Assembly (NCBI RefSeq): GCF_009914755.1 | Contig: NC_060931.1 | Direction: 5' to 3' (one strand) | From: the human T2T-CHM13v2.0 reference genome, Homo sapiens | Length of the DNA stretch: 64,000 nt | Part shown: piece by piece, positions 54,336-64,000 of the stretch | Position numbering within the stretch: the first letter of the stretch is position 1 | How the letters are laid out: each line of letters begins with the position of its first letter | Notes under the pieces: model-generated | The model's database searches: none | Told to the model about the DNA's origin: nothing | Seen by the model: only the letters and a program-made list of their open reading frames with translations | Program-made: the position numbers and the translations under genes

Positions 54336-55990
54336 GACATTTTTCACAAAAATAAAAAGCATCCTAAAATTCATGTAGAACCACAAAAGACCCTCAATTG
54401 TCAAAGCAATTCTGAGCAAAAAGAGTAAAGCTGAAGGCATCACACTTTCTAATTTCAAAACCTGCTTCAAAGTTATAATAATCAAAACAGCATGGTACTG
54501 GCACAAAAACAGACATATAGACCGAAAGAGCAGAATAGAGAGCTCAGAAATAAATGCCCTACAATTACAGTCAACTGATCTTTGACAAAGTTGCCAAGAA
54601 CACACAATGGAGAAAGCGCAGTCTCTTCAATAAATGGTGTAGGGGAAATGGGACATTCACATTCAGAAGAATGAAATAGGATTCTTATCTCAGCTCATAT
54701 ACAAAAATCAACTCAAAATGGATAAAAACTTAAATATAAGACTTGAAACTATAAAACTCCTAGAAAAAAAACATAAAGAAAATGCTTCTTGACATTGGTC
54801 TTGGCAAATATTTTTGTATATGACCCCAAAAGCACAGGCAACTAAAGCAGAAATAAAAAATTGGATTGTATTAAACTAACAAACTTGTGTGCAGCAAAGG
54901 AAACAATCAATAGAGTAAAGAGACAAAGTATGTGTTGGAATAAAATATCTTCAAACCATACATCTGATAAGGAATTAATATTCAAAATATATAAGGAATT
55001 CAAACTCAATACCAAGAAAATAAGTAATCCAATTTTTAAAATAGGCAAAGAATCTGAATCAACGCTTCTCAAAAGAAGACATACAAAAGGCCCACAGGAA
55101 TATGAAGAAAATGTTCATCATCATTAATCATCAGGATAATGCCAATTAAAACCACAGTAAGATGTCACCTCACATATGTTAGAATGGCTTTTATCAAAAA
55201 GACGAAAGATAAAAAGTGTTGGCAAAGATGCAGAGAAATGGGAACCCTTGTACACTGTTGGTGGGAATGTTATTTAGTACAGCCATTTGGAAAACTATAT
55301 GGAGATTTCTCAAAAAATTAAAAATAGAACTACAACATAATCTAGCAATCCCACTTTGGGGTATATTTCCAAAGGAAATGAAATCAGTACCTGAAAAAGA
55401 TATCTGCACTCCCGTGTTCATTGCAGCATTATTCACAGTAGCTGAGGTATGGAACCAACCTAAGTACTCAACAATGGATGGATTGATAAAGAAAATGTGG
55501 TATACACACACAATGGAATACTACTCAGCCTTAAAAAAAAGAAGGAAATCCTGATGTTTGCAACATGTATGACCTGGAAGACATTATGCTAAGCGAAATA
55601 AGCCAAACATAGAAAGAAAAGTACTGCATGATGTCACTTACATGTGAAATCTTAAAAAGTCGAACTCAGAAACAGAAAGTAAAATAATGCTTACCATAGG
55701 TTGAGATGGTGGGAGAGAACAGGGAGATCTTGGCCAAAGGGTGCAAAGGTTCAGTAGATAAGAGGAATAAGTTGTGGAGATCTACTGTACAACATGGTGA
55801 CCATAATTAATAATAATGTACTATATATTTGAAAATGGCCAACTGAGTAGATTTTAAATGTTTTTGCCACAAAAAAAATAAGTATATGAAGCAATGGACA
55901 TGTTAATTAGCTTGATTTAATCACTCCACAATGTATGCATGTATCAAAACACCACATCACATCTCATAAATATACATGATATTATTTTAA
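54336..55990 (+). mobile_element. L1MA (L1MA8/9-like) 3' 1.65 kb with decayed ORF2 C-terminus
   Basis: Translations [18 protein letters not shown] and [32 protein letters not shown]; L1MA 3'UTR. Confidence 0.93.
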
Positions 55991-56699
55991 AAAGGAAATT
56001 ATAAAACGTTACTGAGGAACAAGAAGAAAAGGCTACAAATAGAGAGGCACACATTCCTCTTTATCTGAGGAACACTTGATAATTTTTAAAATGCTAATTT
56101 ATGACCACTGCCTCTGTGTTAAGACAGCAAAAATCATAAGGTTTTCCTCCAGGGTCCATTTGCTTCTGTCTGGTTCATGGAAACTGCTGCACTTTTAACG
56201 CTTCGGCCAGCCTGCAGAGGTCTGCAGCCATCACTGTGGGAGCCCACCAACCAGCAGGCAGGCCCAGATCCATCAGCGCCGCTGGAGCAAGGTCTTTGCA
56301 CCTAAACAACAATGGAAGGTAGCTCCCTTTGGTATTTTCAAAGCCAGCATCCATGAAGGATGAGAGGTCATGTGGAAGGGCAGAAAGCAGCCGGGTAGCA
56401 GGACTGGTAGGGCTGCTCCAGGGACAGGATCTGGTGCTCGTATGTTCTGTGACTTGCTGCAGGCGACCTTGCATGGGCCCCATTTCCTCATCTATAAAAT
56501 GGCAGCTGCATCCCTGGCTATCTCGCAGGGTTGTTGCAAGAGTCAGATGAGAAACCTGATATAAAAGTGGTTGGCAAAGTTTTATGGGATCTACAAATGG
56601 AAATGCAAGTGGATTCCAGTATACTATACCATGATCATCATGTATAGCTACAGAAATAAAATTGTTCTGATTTTTGTCTCTTCAAAATGCAAAAAAAAA

Positions 56700-57122
56700 T
56701 GTATAGTGAATTGAATGGTAGCCCCCAAAAGATATGTCCCTAAAGAACGTGCTATTGTGACATTCTTTGGATAAAGGATCTTCATAGATATAATTAGGAG
56801 TCTTGAGATGAGGTCATCGTGGCTTATCCAGGAGAACTCTAAATCCAGTGACAAGCAAGACACAAACACAAATAGAGAAGGAGATGTGAAAATGGAGGCA
56901 GAGATTGGAGTTATGTGCTACAAGTCCAAGAATGCCTGGAGTCACTAGAAGCCAGGAGAGAGGCAAGGAACATATTCTCCCTCTGAAACTCCAGAAGACA
57001 TCAACCCTGCTGACACCTTGATTTCAGACCTCTTGTCTCCAGGACTGTGAGAGAACCAAGATCTGTTGTTTTAAGCCACAGGTTGTGGTAACTTGTTACG
57101 GTAACCACAGGAAACCAATACA
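56700..57122 (+). mobile_element. MLT1C/B MaLR solo LTR
   Basis: GAATTGAATGGTAGCCCCCAAAAGATATG...GGAGGCAGAGATTGGAG...GGAAACCAATACA. Confidence 0.9.
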
Positions 57123-57724
57123 AATGGCTAGCTGGATGGTGGCCAAATCTGAAGCAGATGTTTGGAATGGGATATAGGGTATTCGCAAAATTCGATCTGA
57201 GGTCCCTAGTGGCACACCAAAGAAAGAAAGAGGCAACCTGAACTGATATCTAACAAGGGGTCTGTGTGTGACAGACAAACAGAAAAAAAGCATGCCCTAA
57301 AAAGAAGGATGCCATGGGCAAAGAGAACAGGGTCCGACTGTGAACCTTACATCAAAAGCCTCAAGGGAAGGTGTTCTGGGAATGCAGCATTTGCAGTCAA
57401 ACTTCCATTCACTTAGGCCACCCTGACCCTGCAGAGTGAGCAGCAGCATGGGGTCATTCTGTTATCAGAGACAGCAGACTCTCCACCAGCACAAGAAGCC
57501 AGCTACAGGAAGGAGAAACTCTCCCAGGTAGTACATACAACAAAGAGGGGAGGATCAATAGAAAAGGGATCGTAGACAAAATCTCTTTTCAAGTCAGAAA
57601 AAAATTTTTTTAATTATTTACAGCTCTTGCCTACCCCTCAAAAAATTAAATATGTGTGTGTGTCAGTGTGTGTAATGGTTCCTAGGAACAGATTGGTATC
57701 TATCAGAGGTAAGAGGAAGAAGAG

Positions 57725-57938
57725 AATTTGTTATGGCAACCAGAGGAAACCAGCACAAATGGCTAACTGGTCACCATCCAAATGGTGGCCACAACCATTT
57801 GGATTCCCACAACCTGCCGCTTAAAACAACAGATATTTATTCTCTCACAGTCCTGGAGACCAGAGGCCTGAAATCAAGGTGTCAGCAGGGTTGATGTCTT
57901 CTGGTGTTTTTGAGGGATAATCTGTTCCCTGCCTCTCT
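57725..57938. other. Complex templated duplication of the MLT1C 3' end and its flank
   Basis: 57725-57770 is a direct copy of 57090-57135; 57807-57938 is an inverted copy of 56957-57088 (13 mismatches in 132, ungapped, hand count). Confidence 0.85.
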
Positions 57939-59474
57939 TTCTCTTGACTGAGAAACCTCAAGGGTTGTCTTTCTCAGATGATAGAGACTTGTGATTAAAA
58001 AACATTGTGTGCACAGGCATAATTAAGGCACATTTTTTAATATAGTGAAATGTCAGGATTGGATTTCACGTAGTTTACCGTAAGAACCTCTTCTCTGGGC
58101 TAGAGGAGAATTTTCCTCCAAGCTGGTAGACATTGCGGAACACAATTCAGCTTAGTCCCTCCTGATGGCAGTGTTTTGTCCCTATCAAGGACAACAAGGG
58201 CATTGCCTGAAGCCAGAATAGAGGCCAGTCAAGAACCTAGAATCCAGAGGAAAACACCTATCAGTAAGGTGCTTCAGGGGTGACTATCATAGCTTCCAAA
58301 TGTATAAATTCTGTCTGTGTGACCGAAAGCGTGCCAGTTCTCTTAGCTCAGGACAAAGGTCTGGAGGGCATATCAGCATACCCGAAGGCAGTGCTGTTAG
58401 AGGGAGATGTCAAACGGTAGAATGAGGGGAGAAGACTAGACTAGCGACTATTGAGTTCCTCTCATACGCTCAGTCCTACCTGCGGGTTTCCGGCTCATGC
58501 TCAGCTAGCCCCTGTGCTCACATCAGTCTCTGGTTTCTCCAAATTGTTATGTCTTTGGCCTCCCCAAGAATAACACAATGGAAATTAGATAGCCATGGGG
58601 AAATGAGTTCCCGCCATCATGGGATAAACACCCCAAAAGGCACTGGTTTGGTTTCTGGAAAATGTTCAGTTCAAGCCTGAATGTGGGAAGAAGCAGGAAT
58701 AGGGGGATGGAAGAAGGATCAGATTCTTCCTCCAGCAGAAGCTACTGTGGGTGGCTGGCCAGCAGTTAGCTCCAATTCAGGGCAGCAAGGCGATAAGGAA
58801 GGGACGGCCAACACAAACTAATAAATCTCTTCTTCCAAGCAACCTTTTATCTGAAAATGTCAAAAAAAAAATCTAGACAGGAAATATGTAACCCTAAAGC
58901 AGTAGCCCGATACACTTATTAGCTGTAACTGAGTTTCCCAAAGATGCAAGATGAGTTAATTGAGTGCTCACGCTTAAAAGGGAGACCTTAACTGCAGGCC
59001 TCTTCTACCCATTTAAAACTTAGAAAATCACAGTGTTCCTGATGAGAATCAAGATAGGCGGACCACTTAAAGAAATACGCCCAGGAACCACTGGACACAA
59101 ATACACCCAAACAGCTGGTCCCTCTTCTGTACCATTTTGTAAATAAGTTAATGTGGCTATTCCATGAGAAGGCACTAAATATGTAAGTTCTTGATGTATT
59201 TAATGCCCAAACAGGGCCCAGGATGCTAAGGCCTGACTCGTAATTTGTCTACTTGTTCAGTTATCACCTCTAAAGTGGTTCTTTCAACTTGATTGAGAAA
59301 CCACAAATATACACTATGCAATGGCATATATATATATATATATAATATTATATACAACATATTTAAGGTTAACTTAAGCATAAATACATACATTCACAAA
59401 TTACAAATACAAGTCAACAACATTGTGCTTCTAGAAGCTTCTCACTAGAGAACTTTGCCTGGTGTGATTAGACC

Positions 59475-59683
59475 AAGTAGGTTATCAACCAGTGCCCCAT
59501 GGGGGACATGTGGCAATGTTTGGAGACATTTTTTATTGTCACAACTTGGAGATGGGGTGCTACTGGCATCTAGTGGGTAGACACCAGGGATGCTACTCAA
59601 CAGCCTAAAATGCACAGGGCAGCCCCTCCCAGCAAAGAATTATTCCATCCAAAATGTCGGTACTGCCCAAATTGAGCATCGTG
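59475..59683 (+). mobile_element. MER20 hAT element
   Basis: GGCAATGTTTGGAGACATTTTTTATTGTCACAAC...TGCTACTGGCATCTAGTGGGTAGA...GCAAAGAATTAT. Confidence 0.9.
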
Positions 59684-59815
59684 ACATTGATCCTTTCTCC
59701 TTCATCATCTGGCTCCACATTTCACCAGTCTGGTCTCTCTCTGTCTTCCAGCTCTGCCACCAGTGAAAACAAGGAAGCAATTTTGAAATGACAGCAGCTT
59801 CCCTGACTCTCCACT

Positions 59816-60260
59816 TGTCAGTTCTTAGTTGCAAAGCACTGAATTCACTCCACCTAATTTAAACAGAAAATAAATCCATGGAAGGATGTCAAGTAGCTCA
59901 TAGAATTTCCAGGGAGGCAGAGAGTTTACATTGAGGTGAAACAGCTGGAGCGATAGCCAAACCACAATCCAGCCAACACCACGTAGGCACCAATGGTGCC
60001 CTTGCCACCTCCGCTACTAAAAAATTAAGTCCACCCAGCCCCTATTCCTCTCATTGCCTGCTTCTGAATTGGAGTCTCACAGAGTTGGGTCTGATGGGTA
60101 GACATGACTGGGTGATATGTCTGTGGCCCAGATGCAAGAGGACGGATCAGTGAGCTGTAGCTTCTGTCTTGAAGAGGCAAGACGGATAGTGTAGAAAATT
60201 CTCCAAACACAAGAAAGATGTTCCAAAGATACTAGTGTCCACCAATATAACTAATGTCTA
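59816..60260 (-). mobile_element. Old MLT1 (K/L-like) LTR
   Basis: TGTCAGTTCTTAGTTGCAAAGCAC...AACAGAAAA...GTAGCTCATAGAAT. Confidence 0.55.
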
Positions 60261-61654
60261 CAGCAACCCCTTCCTCCAGGGCCAGTGCTCTGCCATCAAG
60301 CCCTGCTTCTACTCAGTTTTATGGCCTAGTTCTAAGTTCCTGATTCTGTATTATGCATCTGGGCCTCCAATGAACTAAAGACTCTATGTCCTGTTTTCCC
60401 TTCTTACTCCACTGTACGCCCTGCAGCCCATTATATCCCAGCTTCTTCTTCTCCAAGGGAAAGAATGGGTGCTCGGGTCAGGAAAGCGTCGTTGGCAATT
60501 GGGAAGGCAGGTGGAGTCACTGCACCAAGTTCAACATCGCTGCACATGTGGATTTGTCCCTTTTGAGTTCTCCTCTTCTTGAGGCCCTTCCTGCCACATG
60601 TCTGCAGAAGTGAGGTGGCCCGGAGCCTACTTCCTCAGAGCACCTTCAGCCTTCTCTTGCTCTTTCCTTTTTTCTCTCTTTTTATTAGAAGTCAGAATTA
60701 TGAATGTTTCTGGGCTACCCGAGCAGCCCATCTTTTTTTCCCTTTTGGATATTCTCATCTCTCGCAAGTTGAAGTCAGACTACTGCTCTGGCCTGAGAAG
60801 GTCTGCGGCAGGAGCAGAAGCAGAAGCCAGTTCTCCTTTTGGCACTGGGAGCACTCCTGTCTCTGTGCTTCTTTCTGCGGCACGCTGGCATGTGTGTGCA
60901 TATGCATGTGTGTTTTGTGCACCTTCATGTCCATGGACTTTCCTTAGATCAAAGCAGTAAAATCAAGACTCCGGCTTGGGATTAGAGGAAATAGGGACTG
61001 CCTGCCTTTTAGTCTGCTTTGATTAAGGGCTACTGGAGGTAGCAGTCCCAAATTCAAGTCCTGATCCTCCCTCTTAAAAACCATGCAAACTTGGGTGATT
61101 TACCTAACCTTGCTGAGTTACAGAGTTCTCAGCTGTAAATGAGATCACGAAGGCTTCCTCTGAGCCATCAGGACTGAATGAGAAGGCGCATGCAAAGTGC
61201 CTAGCACATCATGCACTGTGTCTCAGCATTCTGCTGGTCTCCTGGGAGGCCAGAAGACATGAATATTATTTTGTCTCATTTGGAAGCATTCATGCCACCT
61301 CTGAGGGCAACATATGTTTTTCCATCTCAAAATCATTACAGAATAGGGCTAGGAAGAAAGTGGTGAGGGGGGAGATTTCAAAGCCCTGAACAGAGAAGTC
61401 TGCTAGAGCAGTGCCCAATAAGATGTTGAGATCTCATGTCCAGCGGAGTGGTTTGCAAGAGTCCCTGCAAGTGTCCCTCATGAGTCCCGGGACAGGTGCT
61501 AGAGGTCATGGTTTGAGTGAACCTCCCTAGAAGTAACATCCTGGTCCAGAAAAAAATCTCCTGATCCCCAAAACTTTTCCCACCCATTCACTGGAAATTC
61601 TCCCTACAGGGAACACACATTTTCCTGTACAGTGAGAGAGCTTAAAATGCAAGT

Positions 61655-62552
61655 ACTGTATATCCTCATTGTGAAATTGACTACTTACTGAAATTTATTT
61701 GTAAGTCCTAAAACTTGGGCACTTTCAAAGTGCATTCACAGACATGCATAGAGTGGCAACAAAATTTGAGTTGCAGACGCTCGTGCTCCCAGCTAAGGTG
61801 GAGCAAAGCAACCCTCTGCCTTCCTGTTTCAGCTCTTATGCTATAAATGAGCATCCTTTTCATGATCTGTTTAGTGCCACTTTTTCACATTTTTATGCTT
61901 TCTGTTGGTGGCCTCGCTGTTTGAGATGGCCCTCCTGCATGGTGCTGAACTGCTGTCTAGTGTTCCTAAATGCAGGAAGGTGAAAATACTTGTGTTGGAT
62001 GAGATTCATTAGGGCATGAGTTACAGTACTGTTGGCCGTGAATTCAATATTAATGAGTCAACAATGCAGTACATCCAGAAAAGGAAGAGGAAACACACCC
62101 AACTGTGTATGAGTCCTCTCTGGAAAGTGCTAAAGTAACATCTACATTGCATGCTGAATCTACGGAAAACATTGAAAAGTGTGCTTTTCACGTTTCGTCT
62201 GTGGATTCACGAAATGACAACCAACCACAAAAAAGTGTAGTGGACAGACAGCATTGCTGTGAGGCTGAAAGCCAAAGAAATTTATGATCACATTATCATA
62301 ATTAAAATATTATTTTATTATTCAAAACACTGCATTTAATTACCTGTTGGCAAGAAATACATATTTTTAAAAGTGTCTTCAGATAGAAACATAACATACC
62401 ACAAGGTTACGTATTGATCAGCTGGTAAAAATGTTGTGACCAGAAACTCAAGAGACCCTCACGCTGTATTTCCCCAGGAGTAAGTATTCCCTAATTCAGT
62501 GTTTGTGGCAACTTTGAAGGATGTAACTACTGTAAATAATAAGAATCAACAG
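61655..62552 (+). mobile_element. MER82/Tigger6-type DNA transposon
   Basis: AAAATTTGAGTTG...CCCAGCTAAGGTGGAGCAAAGC..CTCTGCCTTCCTGTTTCAGCTC; ends AATAATAAGAATCAACAG then TA. Confidence 0.82.
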
Positions 62553-63102
62553 TAGCACCTTAGGAACAGACTCTCAGAATCAATGTCACACTGAAGTATT
62601 AATTCCTGATGGTGTCTGCTTTCCTGAAAGCACATTTGAAAGGCTCACTGAATGCCTGGTAGGAGGTTCTCTGTAAAGAAATAGAGGAAGTCCTGAGGAA
62701 AGGAAAAGTGAGAGTAAAAGACCAACTTCTGCTTTCCCACAAGATTATAGCTGCAGCGAAATTGAAATGATTTGCCAGACCAAAGAGCTTAGTGACCATG
62801 GAACTTAGGCTTACAGTTCAGGTCTGTCCTCTCTTCCCTTGCTCCCAGAGTTTTAGAAAATTTTCTTCATGCCAGTGTTCAAGCATGCACTATGCATGCC
62901 AGTGGGCACACCAGCTGTGCCAGGACTGCCCATCCCCAGCTAGCCACCAGCTGAGTCTTGGAACAGAGGAATATCACACATGATTCAGCCTAAGAATAGT
63001 TTAGAAAACAGCCAGGCTGGAGAATGAGCAAATTCTTACCAATGAACCTGCTATTCTAGGGCTTAGGATCATTACTGATCCACTCAACGAAGAATGACAT
63101 TT

Positions 63103-63497
<395 letters not shown>

Positions 63498-64000
63498 TTA
63501 TTGAGTGCTTCTCCCATGCCACCCATTGGATTCAGTGTTTAATATGTTAGATAACTTGTAGAGCTTAGGGTACATCAGAGTTAAGCCAATTAGTGCAGCA
63601 TTTTAAGGAGGCTGGTTTGTACAGACAGGGAGGTTCCTTATAGGCAGTGTTATTTCTGTAAATCTCACATTGAAATGTATGTCCTGGCAATAGAGATCAC
63701 TGACAACTTAGCAATGAATGTATTACATTATATTAATTATGGGATAAATACTTATTAAACACATATCATGAGAAAGAGGGTAGGCTGGGTCCTAAAGACA
63801 CCAAGCAGAGCACAGTCTCTGTCTGCAAGAAATTTACAGCTGGCAGGGGAGAGGAGTCATAAACTAACTGAGAGGTAAGCAATGCCACTATAAGAAATGA
63901 ACCACGGACATGCTGCCTTAGAGGTTTGGAGCAATTTCTTCTGCACAAGAGACACTGGGAGACTCTCAGAGGAGGGAACATTTAAACCTGACATAAAGAA

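Noticed and set aside
55139-55554. ORFs with a CCHC-like motif
   Set aside because: Frameshifted L1 ORF2 C-terminus within the L1MA fossil.
58240-58480. CpG-bearing unique-looking stretch considered as a possible ncRNA
   Set aside because: No RNA family recognised; it weakly resembles a degenerate L3/CR1 3' end.
60386-60960. Overlapping 75-122 aa ORFs in unique sequence
   Set aside because: Low-complexity pyrimidine-rich composition, no recognised homology, no convincing splice sites.

Overview
Primate genomic DNA, probably human given the AluY/S/J, THE1/MST, LTR9, L1PA/L1MA, Tigger and MER elements. I cannot place the locus without a search. I see no supportable protein-coding exon, RNA gene or CRISPR array; the long ORFs I could assign derive from Alu, L1, LTR, Tigger or microsatellite sequence. 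The window looks intergenic or deep-intronic and is dominated by nested transposon fossils. These include a near full-length Tigger7 with a recognisable but dead DDD transposase, and a four-level L1MA>L1PA>MSTA>Alu stack. Non-repeat signals are an orphan CpG island at ~28.2-28.65 kb (GC boxes, G4 tract, CTCF-like site), a small ETS/ZNF143-like promoter candidate at ~11.3 kb, and a FOX/MEIS/PBX-HOX motif cluster at ~42.3 kb. The most unusual pattern, which repeat annotation alone does not explain, is a set of old short-range copy events in which sequence was re-templated from a donor less than 5 kb away. They are a multi-switch direct+inverted insertion at 57725-57938, a 74-bp flank copy inside Tigger7 at 18097-18170, an inverted tail-less L1 piece at 52329-52588, a tandem duplication at 7183-7941, and a hairpin/motif patchwork at 48699-48964. 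I found no evidence of a new gene system. Repeat subfamily names are from recall of consensus sequences, and identities are hand counts.
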